From assembly GCA_964016885.1 (NCBI GenBank), contig OZ024742.1, forward strand, positions 111,910,001 through 111,974,000: 64,000 bases of DNA. Reading direction: 5' to 3'. Shown here piece by piece: positions 47,433 to 58,884 of this stretch. The translations under genes and the position numbers were made by a program. This DNA is from Eledone cirrhosa. Lineage: Eukaryota. The stretch's first letter is position 1, and every line of letters starts with the position of its first letter. The notes below the pieces were generated by a model. It was not told the DNA's origin and ran no database searches. It worked only from the letters and a program-made list of their open reading frames with translations.

Positions 47433-47471
47433 AATCCCAATATTTCGGGCTCACGCCCATCGACGGGGGAA
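47433..47471 (-). ncRNA. Degenerate or variant minimal hammerhead in PLE pseudo-LTR
   Basis: Minus strand TCCC-CCGTCGA-T-GGGC gtga GCCC-GAAA-TATT-GGGA; the core deviates from CTGANGA. Confidence 0.45.
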
Positions 47472-47689
47472 AGTTCCAAAAGGGGGGGAACAGGCTAAGC
47501 GGAGAAAGTTGTGATGTCGTTAAAACAGGAATGCCGTTATGGGGAGAAAAATTATTTAAAATTTAAATGAGGGAAAGAAAGCGCGTGCGTGTGATAGGCT
47601 GTGGCAAAAGCTACTGACCAAATGGGTTAAATCAAGAGGGTGCGCTAGCGTGTGAAAGCCGTAAAATATGTGTGTGTAAATATATATGT

Positions 47690-48005
47690 GTGTGTAACTG
47701 TGTGTGTATATGTGTAAGTGTGTATATGTGTGAGTGTGTGTGTGTGTGAAAGATAGTGGGCTGTAGAAGCTGGAAATCAAAGGGTGTGAAAGGTGGTAGG
47801 TTGTAAAACATGTGTGCGTGTATAAATATAGATGTGTGTGTGTAAGCGTATGGGTATACATGTGTGTGTAACTGTGTGTGTATATGTGTAAGTGCGTGTG
47901 TGTGTGAAAGATAGTGGGCTGTAGAAGCTGGAAATCAAAGGGTGTGAAAGGTGGTAGGTTGTAAAAACATGTGTGCGTGTATAAATATAGATGTGTGTGT
48001 GTATG
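47690..48005. repeat. 158 bp tandem duplication in PLE 3' UTR
   Basis: GAAAGATAGTGGGCTGTAGAAGCTGGAAATCAAAGGG.. at 47748 and 47906. Confidence 0.9.
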
Positions 48006-48064
48006 CATATACGTGCGTGTGTGTGAACATAGCAGGCCCTAAGGGCTGTGAATGGTCACTATGG

Positions 48065-49732
48065 TTAAGTTAGCCATGTCAGCTCATTTCTCTCAGCCCG
48101 GTTGTTAAGTGGGGGTCTGAGGTTCTTAATAACAAGTGCTTCCTTTATCCTTAAGGATCCGATGCTGCGTTCAGTCGCTAGGACTGTGACCAAGGGTCTA
48201 CCCTGTGGGTTTCCGCATTTAAGGATGTGTTTACGGAAGGAAGATGCGTTGGTGTTGATATGTTCCTTGATACGAACATGTAGGGGTCGGATGGTGCTAC
48301 CTATGTAAAACTTGTTACATTTATCGCATTGAATCTTATATACGACATAGGTGCGTAGGCAATCTGCCCCCCGTATCGGGCAGTTGCTGAGGGAACACGT
48401 CCCATCTGACTCGTCGGGTTTGTTGGAGAGGCATCTTCGCAGCGATGGTCCTGTGTGGGCCAAATGTATGTCAAGTCCCTCCGTCCGTATGGCCCTGCGG
48501 ATGGCGTTTGTGGTATATTCACTCAGGTGGGGGATTTTAAAGAAGCACCTGCTTTTATTTAAGTTTCTAGTGGGTGTCTGTCTATTGGGTCTGGGGTCTC
48601 TAATTCCGTTAATCAGTCGCTTGGGATATCCATTAGACCTGAGTAGATTACGGAATTGCGTGGTATGGGTGAGACCACCCATCGGGTCGCTGCATCTGTT
48701 AGTGATCCGTGTCAGTTCATTTAGGACATAGTTGGGGAGGGCTGAGTTGTAATGCACAAATAAGTCCTTGCACGCTGCTTTGCGGTAGAAGGTGGTGTTT
48801 ATGTCTCCTTCTTCCGAGATGTTGATACGGAAGTCGAGGAGGGCGAGTGACCCGTCTTCTCCTGTGTGTTCGATGGTGAAATCGACGTGATGGTCAGTAT
48901 CGTTGAAGATTTGGTGAATTTCATTCGCCATCTCCCGGGAAGAAGTAAGTATCAGGATGTCATCAACGTATCTGGAGTAGAAGGCGACGGCGTTGGGTTG
49001 GCAGGTATTGAACGCCTTGCGTTCCACGTGGTCCATGTACGAGATCGCAAGTATGCCGGACAGACTAGAGCCCATAGGTAGCCCAGAGATGTGTTTGTAC
49101 GTGTGGCCGAGGAAATTGAAGAGTGCATTATCCACAACGAAGGAGAGGAGTTGGTGGATGTCCGTGTGTGTGAGTCCGAAGCAGTGTAAGTTAGATGCTC
49201 GGACTCGTTCGGTCAACAGGTCGACGGCTGGGGATGCTGGTACGGAGGTATAAAGGGCGACCACATCAAGACTGAAGGCATAACCGTTGTCCTTTCTAGT
49301 GTTGGGCGCCAGATGGTGTTGTCGCTCCAAGACCACCTCCTTTGAGCTGCAGACGTGGGCTGGTAGTGTGTGTAGAATAGGTTTCAGTAGTGTGGAGAGC
49401 AGCCACGATATTTTGTAGAGTGGGCCCTCCACGCTAGAGACAATGGGCCTGATTTTCAAATCGGGTCCTTGTTTATGTGTTTTAACCAGGTGGTAGAAGG
49501 TGGGTAGTTTGCTGTTTCGAGTCATTATGTTGTTTTTTACCTTCTTTGGCAGTTTTCGTTGGACACAGATGTTAGTCCATGTGGTGTTAATGCCTTCCTC
49601 GATTAGAGTCGAGGAGGTCCCTGTGACTTTCGAGTAGAGGCTGTGGTCATTAAGATGTTGGAGAGCTAAGTTGTTGTAGGTTTCTCTCGAGATGACACAG
49701 AATTCTTTCCCCTTGTCAGAGGGAAGGTACAC
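48065..49732 (-). CDS. Penelope-like element RT + C-terminal GIY-YIG endonuclease (Nematis-like), 5'-truncated, 555 aa open
   Basis: SDKG, KTHK..IRPIV, SLDVVALYT, GLPMGS, RYVDD, LLDF, Cys linker CSLSNC, VVYKIQCDKC..FYIGST.R.L..R..EH, E...I...P.LN. Confidence 0.95.
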   Translation of the reverse strand: MYLPSDKGKEFCVISRETYNNLALQHLNDHSLYSKVTGTSSTLIEEGINTTWTNICVQRKLPKKVKNNIMTRNSKLPTFYHLVKTHKQGPDLKIRPIVSSVEGPLYKISWLLSTLLKPILHTLPAHVCSSKEVVLERQHHLAPNTRKDNGYAFSLDVVALYTSVPASPAVDLLTERVRASNLHCFGLTHTDIHQLLSFVVDNALFNFLGHTYKHISGLPMGSSLSGILAISYMDHVERKAFNTCQPNAVAFYSRYVDDILILTSSREMANEIHQIFNDTDHHVDFTIEHTGEDGSLALLDFRINISEEGDINTTFYRKAACKDLFVHYNSALPNYVLNELTRITNRCSDPMGGLTHTTQFRNLLRSNGYPKRLINGIRDPRPNRQTPTRNLNKSRCFFKIPHLSEYTTNAIRRAIRTEGLDIHLAHTGPSLRRCLSNKPDESDGTCSLSNCPIRGADCLRTYVVYKIQCDKCNKFYIGSTIRPLHVRIKEHINTNASSFRKHILKCGNPQGRPLVTVLATERSIGSLRIKEALVIKNLRPPLNNRAERNELTWLT

Positions 49733-50558
49733 AAGGTTCCTGGATCTTAGGTTTCGCTACGTAGACCAATACATCCTGCGTAGCGAAACCTTGGACTTAG
49801 AACCGGCAGGCTCGTCTGTCGCGAAAGCGTTCAACCCCTGAAACTAAAAGATCGAACGGACCACATCCGGCAACCACTGGCTATTAGATCCACAGGTACA
49901 TCTCCCAGAGAGTCCACGCAGATAATAGTGAACCCCAGGTGATCTATGAACGTTTAAACAAGACCAGCTGCGCCTGGAGCTATGCAGATGATTGCATACG
50001 CATAATGGATATCGTGCCTGGAGCTATGCAGGGGACTGCATAGGCAGAATGGATATCGCGCCCACACGGTCACCAGTACTGTTCATCCTGTTATATGTAT
50101 GTAAATATCAGTGCGCGGGATATCCCTGAGTACATTTTCCTGACCATCAATTCTTAATCAATTGTTTGTTATTTAGGCAAGAATGTACTATTGTGTCTGT
50201 GCTAATCCTATGTGTTGCTGTGCTGTGTGTGTGTAAAGTATCCGAGCGCGGGATATCCCTGAGCTAATTTTGCCTGACCGTTAATAGTGTTCTGATTACT
50301 TGTTGATGGGCAGGAATATATATTGTTGTCTTTGTTGATCCTGTATCAATAACTTTGTGATAATTTTGTAATAATTTTATGATAATTTTGTAATAATTTT
50401 GCGATAATTTTATGATAATTTGATAATTGTGTAATGATTTTGTGGTAATTTTGTGATGATTTGATAATTTTGTAATGATTTTGTGGTAATTTTGTAATAA
50501 TTTTGTATAATTTTAGAATGTTTTTTTTTGTGATAATACATGGTTAGATCACTGAAGC

Positions 50559-50758
50559 NNNNNNNNNNNNNNNNNNNNNNNNNNNNNNNNNNNNNNNNNN
50601 NNNNNNNNNNNNNNNNNNNNNNNNNNNNNNNNNNNNNNNNNNNNNNNNNNNNNNNNNNNNNNNNNNNNNNNNNNNNNNNNNNNNNNNNNNNNNNNNNNNN
50701 NNNNNNNNNNNNNNNNNNNNNNNNNNNNNNNNNNNNNNNNNNNNNNNNNNNNNNNNNN
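50559..50758. other. Assembly gap (200 N)
   Basis: N run. Confidence 1.
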
Positions 50759-50802
<44 letters not shown>

Positions 50803-50825
50803 TAGAGAGCGAGCGAGCGAGAGAG

Positions 50826-50905
<80 letters not shown>

Positions 50906-51584
50906 GAGGAGGAGGAACGTGTTGATGAAATTATGTGATTCCCATTATTTATATTAGTGATCTGGTATGTCGTATTGCTTGTTATGAATTATATATATGC
51001 GGCTACTTTGTTGGATTGAGTAATATACTTCCACAGAGAATTGCTAAGCACGATCTAGATTAGTGCAAATTAAAGTTTATTAAACGCCATTAGGATATAT
51101 TTCGAAAGACCGTATCATAAGGCTTATTTTAAGTTACTAATTCACGGAGGATGTGATTCCATACAAATTACAACATCGTATAATGTAGAAGATATGATTT
51201 TAAAGTTGTGATGATAAATTTGATTAACTTAAAATAACACTGAATGGAAATGTCCATTCATTATTAGAAGTCTGATAAGAATTAATAGAACAACATATTC
51301 AAGAATGAGAAACCAATACCAATTACTAGCAAATTGATATATAATTGTTCCTCCTTTTGGTACAGGGCCAGCAAATTACCAGTGTATTACTGATATAATA
51401 TGACACAAAGATATCATGTTACCGGGCACCAGAGTAGTATTGTACCTTGAGCGTTGGGTTGTAAATACAAAGGATATATTTAATCCATTGCCCACGCTAC
51501 AAATACCACCGGACACTCGTCTTTTCTCTTTGATTAAGCAGTAACTAAAGAATTAATACATATATATATATATATATATATGTA

Positions 51585-52370
51585 AATGTAATCTGAGTTT
51601 TTTGAATATTAATAATAACATTCAATTCGTTTTCAATTATACAAACAAGTCTCAATTTTATAGCAATGTCAGTAGAATGAACCCTTCATTATTGCTATTG
51701 TGTTGGAATATGAACAGAACTGCAGACACTAATGTTTCTGGGTATCACCCTTCATCAGTACAGCTTACTGTTCACCTGCCACAGTTAGAGCTAGTGAAAA
51801 TATATGCTATTTTCAAAAATACACAGTGACTGATCGGCCTGATTTGCATATTAGCAGACTGGTTGATCAGTCAGATCAGCATATTAGCGGATCCACTGAT
51901 CAGCCAGATTTGCATATCACCAGACTGGCCAGTCCGTTTCCTGTATCCGAGCGACAAATGGCCGGCTTTGCAAAAACAAATAAAAAAGAAATGTTCGCTC
52001 TACATGGCTGAATACAATAAATGTAATCTGAGTTTTTCGATTATTAATAATAACATTCGATTCGTTTGCAATTATGCAAACAAACCTCAATTTTATAGCC
52101 ATGTCAGTAGAATAAACCCTTCATTCTTGCTCTTGTGTTGGCATGTGAACAGAACTGCAGACACTAACGTTTCTGGGTATCACCCTTCATTAACTGTGAC
52201 AGTTTGGCAGGTGAACAGTGTGATGTATTGTTGAAGGGTGATACCCAGAAACATTACTGTCTGCAGTTCTGTTCACATGCCAACACAAGAGCAAGAATGA
52301 AAGGTTCATTCTACTGACATGGCTATAAAATCGAGGCTTGATTGCATAATTGCAAACGAATCGAATATTC
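51585..52370 (-). mobile_element. Non-coding HHR-bearing tandem repeat (435 nt unit) plus inverted copy; same family as 37870-38388
   Basis: Units start at 51587 and 52022; 52200-52370 is an inverted copy. Confidence 0.88.
51717..51766 (-). ncRNA. Canonical type I hammerhead ribozyme motif
   Basis: Minus strand AAGCTGTA-CTGATGA-AGGGTGATACCCA-GAAA-CATTAGTG-TC-TGCAGTTC; intact core, GUC site, near-palindromic stem III. Confidence 0.85.
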
Positions 52371-52389
52371 ATGTGCTAAAAAAGCGAAA

Positions 52390-52780
52390 GCCCGCATCAC
52401 CACGAAACCCTCAAGCATTTCCACACCCGGATGCTCTTGCAGAAGGCCAGAAGCATGCACTCTTTAGCAACAGTGTTACATTGCTGCAGTATTTCATGAG
52501 GTAGAAGTTACATCTTCTCGACCAAATCAATTGCAGGAGCTCACACTATGTGTTGGTATGTTGGAGGGCCGGTTAAAAGAACGCTTCCTTACTCGCCAGA
52601 CGACCTTTAGACAACCCGACAAGCGAATTTCGACGAAGCTGGCAAGCTACATAGAGTCACTCAAAGATGCAGATGTGAAGTACTCCATTCAATGGAAAGT
52701 TCCGATCAAACCAGGGCCTACGGAAATGGAGAAATCTTGTGTAAGCCATGTATTTATGAAAGGGTGAATATATTGCAAGT
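52390..52780 (+). mobile_element. Decayed GIY-YIG fragment of a YRDDG-type PLE
   Basis: VGMLEGRLKERFLTRQTTFRQPDKRISTKLASYIESLKDADVKYSIQWKV is homologous to 55200-55360. Confidence 0.85.
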
Positions 52781-53097
52781 ACTAGTACTTAACTCACCAG
52801 AAAATCAGAGATTCTTAATCGCTACATCATCGCTATGAAGTACCTGTTATATAACTTGATATACCCGGGATAATCATCAACTTTAACGCAATGAACTCAA
52901 TCAAAAATTGTCTCCTTCGCATCAGTGTAATTTGAGTTAACTCTCTTATCAACAAAATATTGCCATATATCACATAGAATCTTGCCAGCTTATATACACG
53001 ATTAAGTGAAACACGCTTGTTCAAGTATGGTTTGCTAATTTGTAGCGGATCTAACTATCTCTTCTCTCTCATTTCCCTATATATATATATATATATA

Positions 53098-53263
53098 GAA
53101 AAATGTTCAAGACGGCAGAGCACAAGCTGTTTCGACGGCTTTTTCAGTCCAGCTTGAGCTCTGCCGTCGGAGTCTTGAACATTTTCCTATTAACCACTCT
53201 ACTACCCAAAGTATTGAGTTATTGCGTTATGGTGCACCTGGTTCCTTAACACACTTCCTTCGT

Positions 53264-53265
<2 letters not shown>
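53098..53265 (+). mobile_element. Inverted+direct pseudo-LTR remnant (24.5 kb family)
   Basis: GACGGCAGAGC..TTTCGACGGCT / CTTGAGCTCTGCCGTCGG..; the tail is the reverse complement of 21645-21730. Confidence 0.8.
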
Positions 53266-53328
<63 letters not shown>

Positions 53329-53402
53329 ACACACACACAAACACACACACAGACTCACAAACAAATATATATATATGAGTGTGTGCATATATATAATATA
53401 TA

Positions 53403-55817
53403 GTCCAATGCTTTGTTTAACAGCGTCTCTGAGATCGCTGGGTAAAAATCAACAATGTCAAACTGTGAACTTCGCTTTTTGGGATTTGAAGGAGTTAAAC
53501 CACTTAATTACGGAGTCGCTGTTCTCCCACTGGGGCAGGTTGGACTTGGTCCTAATGGTCTTAACTATGTTTCTAAGTATGGCCTTACTGACTAGACCCA
53601 TATCAGTGCGTGCTGGGTTTATTAGTCTACATGTGGGTTTAGAAGTAAAGGCTACCTTGTGATCTTTCAGGGTGAGGTACGCCTCCCGCTTAGCTAGATA
53701 TTGTAGCTTCTTATCTACCTTAAGTGCGGCAGCAAGTTCTTTGGCTTCTGTATTAATGTCGTGGTAGGCCATAAGGTTAGCTTTCTTATATTTGGAAGTA
53801 ATAGCGTTATGGGCCAGGTGGCGGAAAGTGGCTTTGTCGACTTCGTAAATGTTATTAGTTTTGTCGGAAAGAACGAAAGTGTTATTAGAAGACCTAAATT
53901 TCTTGATATCATTTCTAAGTTTAGTTTGAAAGGTGTTAGGATGTTTGCTAAAGGAAATGTTAGCGACTAAGTCAAGAAGGTCCGCCTCGAAAGGAGCAAG
54001 TTCAGTTACCTTAGGAGGGTAGGTTCTCGATTTCAGGTTGAAGGTGTTATCGGTGCCTGTAATGTTGCCATTAGGACCAAGTCCAACCTGTCCCAGTGGG
54101 AGAACAGCGACTCAGTAATTAAGTGGTTTAACTCCTTTAAATCCCAAAAAGCGAAGTTCACACAGTTTGACAATGTTGATCTTTACCCGTCGAGATCAGA
54201 GATACTGTTAAACAAAGCATTGGACTTCGCTACCACTTACGCTACCTTCGATGGTTTAGACAGGTAAATCATCGCTCACTGCCGGAAATCCCTCCTCTTC
54301 AACGACGGAGTAGCCTGGGCAAAGAAGTCAACAACTTCAGACCTATTCGACGTCTCCATGGGTTCGTTTGACAGTGCTGACGTATTCGACATGGTTGGCC
54401 TATTTATTTTAGACATATTACGTGTTAGATTCCCGGACTTAAACACGGGAATATACTGCGATGATGGACTGACCTTATCGAGCCATAAAAGTGTTCACAA
54501 CATTGACAGGTTTAAAAAGGACTTAGCTTCTACCTTCAATGAGTTAGGACTTAGGATAACGGTAGCTACCAACCTGTCTAGCGTAGAATTCTTAGACATT
54601 AATTTAGACCTTCGCAAACACACCTACACACCCTTCCATAAGCTAAACGAAAAACTCAATTACATTCACAAGGACTCATGTCACCCTCCCATTGTCTTTA
54701 GAAACTTCGTAAATAATATCAGTACTAGAATCCCAAACCTCTCCCCTAATAAGGCTATCTTTGACAGGGCGGCACTTACTATAACACGGCGTTAGCTAAC
54801 AGCGGCTTCTCGCAACCTATCACTTACTCTCCCACTATCAACAATAGCAATAAGAAACGAAAGCGTAACAATAGACAAACTATCTGGTTCTCTCCTCCCT
54901 TCTCACTCAATGTTAAAACCAATGTAGGCAAACAATTTCTAGCCCTCTTAGATAGACATTTTCCCATAGGTCATAAATACCGCTCCATCTTTAACTGACA
55001 CAAAGTAAAAATAGGATACTCCTGCGCTAAGAACATGAAGGCCCACATCACCAACAGCCCTAAGACCAGCACCCCACCAGGGTGCTCTTTCCGTAAGCCT
55101 GAAGCTTGTCCCCTTCAACAGCAATGCAACACACCCGCTGTAGTTTCTGAAGCTGTAGTCACTTCCAACCGACGAAATCAACCACAGAAGGTCAAATATT
55201 ATGTGAGTATGGCGGAGGGCCGATTTAAGGAACGCTTCCTGAACCACCAGTCGACCTTTAGGTACCCGGACAGCCGTTCATCTACGAAACTCGCGAGCCA
55301 CGTATGGTCACTCAAGGACTCAAGTATAGACTACTCCATTCAATGGAAAGTCATCACTTAGTCCAGGCCATACGCAATGGGAAATCCCTCGTGTGGACTA
55401 TGTGTTGATGAACAAATAAATATTCTAAAGAGATTGTGCAATAGCGATTGCCTAAACACGAGAAATGAATTATTCACACGTTGTCCACACGTCTCGAAAG
55501 CCTCTTACGTAACTAAAAAGCTCCGGATTGAATTACAACAACATCCTAATTTTCTTATCAACTAGAACTTTTCTGACTTTCGCAGTTTTGTCGCTTACAC
55601 CTCTCGCACGCATTTTAGTATTGCCTTGTGAAGTGATCGTGTCTGTGCATGCGCGTTCGTACGGTCGTACATACTGTTCCATTACGAGCTGAGGATCCGC
55701 TAAGGTGAAACAATTGTTCTCGGTATGGTGAACTAACTGCTGTGTAACCACTTCTACCTAACTCTTCCCATAGACTGAGTGCTCTACCACTACGGTTATT
55801 ACCTTCCAGTGTTCTAC

Positions 55818-55820
<3 letters not shown>
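53403..55820 (+). mobile_element. YRDDG-type (Hydra-clade-like) PLE with inverted 5' segment; disrupted RT+GIY-YIG
   Basis: 53403-54065 minus-strand N-terminal part (YLTLKDHK..CRLINP); 54068-55565 plus strand MGSFDSAD..GIYCDDGL..FLDINLDL..IWFSPP..CGLC..LNTRNE..CPH. Confidence 0.92.
55683..55725 (+). ncRNA. Minimal hammerhead ribozyme in PLE pseudo-LTR
   Basis: CGAG-CTGAGGA-TCC gctaa GGT-GAAA-CAATTG-TT-CTCG; palindromic stem III ACAATTGT. Confidence 0.85.
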
Positions 55821-55879
<59 letters not shown>

Positions 55880-56002
55880 TCTTAGTACGGCACTTACTTA
55901 AATGTAAGTAGGTATGTATACGTACATACATATATGTATACATACGTACAATAGTATGTATATATATACATACATGCACACATATATATATATGCACGTA
56001 TC

Positions 56003-56055
<53 letters not shown>

Positions 56056-56117
56056 GTCTGTATACATATATGTATGTACGTATACATACATACCTACTTA
56101 CATTTATATATATAGTC

Positions 56118-57187
56118 TGACTTACTTTACATTTTCAGCAAAAAGGGGAGATAAAGCTGACAGAGCTGTTTCGTACTGATTGGTACTTATCAAAGCCAAG
56201 TACACCCCTTGATTGCTGTAAATCATTAATGTTTGATTCTTATAGAATTTCTAGTAATAATCAGGAACTGATTATACAGAGCGGTTGCCGGTCAAGCAGA
56301 AATTGAAAATTAGAATTGGTGCTCTGAGATAGCGATATATATATGAATGTATATATATAGTGTATTTTGCAATACATGCTTAATTAAAAGCATTTCGAAA
56401 AGCTTTGATAAGTATCAATCAGTTCGAAACATAGCTCTGTCAGCTTTATCTCCCCTGTTTGCTGAAAACTTAAAATAAGTGAGACTGTCACTACTCTAAA
56501 ACAATAGCATACGGTCTTAGAAATGCTTTTAATTAAGCATACAGTGTATTGCAAAATACACTATATATACATTCATATATATATATCGCTATATCAGAGC
56601 ACCAATTCTAATATCAATTTCTGCTTGACCGGCAACGGCTCTGTATAATCAGTTCCTGATTATTACTAGAAATTCTATAAGAATCAAACATTCATGATTT
56701 TCAGCAAACAGGTGGAGTACTTGGCTTTGATAAGTACCAATCAGTACGAAACATAGCTCTGTCAGCTTTATCTCCCCTGTTTGCTGAAATTTTAAAGTAA
56801 GTGAGACTGTCACTACTCTAAAACAATAGCATAAGGTCTTCGAATTGCTTTTAATTAAGCATACAGTGTATTGCAAAATACACTATATATACATTCATAT
56901 ATATATCGCTATTTCAGAGCCCCAATTCTAATTTCAATTCCTGCTTGACCGGCAACCGCTCTGTATAATCAGTTCCTGATTATTACTAGAAATTCTATAA
57001 GAATCAAACATTCATGATTTTCAGCAAACAGGTGGAGTACTTGGCTTTGATAAGTACCAATCAGTACGAAACATATCTCTGTCAGCTAAAATTTAAAGTA
57101 AGTGAGACTGTCACTACTCTAAAACAATAGCGTAAGGTCTTCGAATTGCTTTTAATTAAGCATATAGTGTATTGCAAAATACACTAT

Positions 57188-57188
<1 letters not shown>
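56118..57188 (+). mobile_element. Retrozyme-like array: ~320 nt non-coding units with U3-A8 hammerheads (3 direct + 1 inverted)
   Basis: TTGATAA cores at 56405, 56727 and 57047; 56118-56396 is inverted; no credible ORF. Confidence 0.88.
56699..56789 (+). ncRNA. Extended type I hammerhead, U3-A8 variant
   Basis: TTTCAGCAAACAGG..GGAG..GGCT-TTGATAA-GTAC caatca GTAC-GAAA-CATAGCTCTG-TC-AGCT..CTCC-CCTGTTTGCTGAAA. Confidence 0.85.
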
Positions 57189-57219
<31 letters not shown>

Positions 57220-57819
57220 CGCATAATACTGAATTTGAAATGAATTTCTCCAAAAATAGATAACATATACGTATAGAGTTGGTCTGCTATAAATGGTAAT
57301 ATGAAAAGTAAAATGAAAATAAACATTAACGTCATCAGGTTATTTTTATATATATAAAAAAATAACCGTTAGATCATAATCACTATTGCCATAAACATAA
57401 TCGCCACAACCATCAGCATCATGAACATTATCATCATTGACATTATTTTTTGCCATTACCCTTTCAATTATTTGCATCGATCTCAACACCCCATCATCAT
57501 GAATATGAGAGTTTGTGACATGTGACTTCGTAATTTTATACAGTTCTGTTCATATTTTTTTAATCTTTCATTTTATAAAACATAATTACCATCTTTGGTA
57601 CAGATATTACGGTTGAAATTATCTCTGTAATCAATATTATCTCCATCTTCATCATAGTAGACGTTATCAGGATCATCATCATGTACATCAAGAATAATAG
57701 AAGGAGCAAGATTGTCATCATCATTAACAATCATCTTCATCACAATTATCAATATTATAATCACGAGGTTGACACCAGCGCCATCACCATCAATTTTTTA
57801 TCCTTATAATTATCATGTG

Positions 57820-58215
57820 GATTGGCAGTATCTGTAGAGGGCGGGCGCCATGCTTTGAAGCATAGAGTTAACACCCTTTATGATCTGGGTTCAAATCCCG
57901 CCGAGGTTAACGTTGCCTTTCATCCTTACGGGGTCGATAAAATAAAGTACCAGTAATGTACTGGGATTATTGCTGGCCTTGTGCCAAACGTAGAAACAAT
58001 TATAATTATCATCCAAAAGTAGGGCGGTGAATTGGCAGTATCAGTAGAGGGTCGGACATACTTTCCAGCATAGTTACGTTCCTTTACGATCTGAGTTCAA
58101 ATCCCGCCGAGGTTAACTTTGCCTTTCATCTTTACGGGGTCGATAAAATAAAGTACCAGTAATGTACTGGGATAATTGCTGGCCTTGTGCCAAACATAGA
58201 AACAATTATAATTAT
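57820..58215 (+). mobile_element. Head-to-tail SINE dimer
   Basis: Two full copies, 57820-58010 and 58022-58215, each with A/B boxes. Confidence 0.92.
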
Positions 58216-58299
58216 CATCTAAAAGATCGTCAACAATAATCCTCATGACAACCATCTCCAGTTTCATCCTAGGTCTCTTCTTCCTTATCATCTCCCTCC

Positions 58300-58490
58300 T
58301 CCTCCTCCTCATCATCATAGTCATCATCATCACCATCATCATCATCGTCGTTATCATGACCATAATCATCATCATCATCATCGCTATTGTCAACATTATC
58401 ATCATCATTATTATCATCATCATCATCATCGCCATCATCATCATCATCACCATCATCATCTTCATCATTGCTATCATCAACAACTACAAC
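58300..58490. repeat. (ATC)n degenerate microsatellite
   Basis: Directly visible; source of poly-M and poly-I ORFs. Confidence 0.95.
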
Positions 58491-58884
58491 AGCACCAAGT
58501 TGGTCCTGATCACCAGTAAAAGGTACTATAATCTAATCATTACGATAATCGTCCTAAACCTAACCAATATCACCAACATTTTAATACCTAGAATCTCTAT
58601 TGTCAGGAACATTCTATAGTCTAACTACTACCGCAATCCACGAAAAGGAAAATATAAATCGATTCATATTTTTTATCGACTTTTAATAAAGTATAAACAC
58701 GTGTATGTTCCAGGCTTACTATAGTAATGTATAATTAAATATAATTTCGTATAATTATCATACATTCGTTCGAAGATGAGCGAAAAATAGCATTCTACGG
58801 AGAATTGTTAACAACGATGATTTTAATTGTATATCAACACAATAATGGTAATCAATAGTTTCCTAATAAAATTTAAAAAATGGT

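Noticed and set aside
54996-54998. In-frame TGA in a PLE ORF as possible selenocysteine (as in Naiad PLEs)
   Set aside because: It falls at an expected Arg position (IFN*), consistent with CGA>TGA decay. The copy has other stops and frameshifts, and its endonuclease is C-terminal, unlike Naiads.
57820-58215. tRNA genes at A/B-box sites
   Set aside because: No cloverleaf; the boxes are heads of a multicopy SINE
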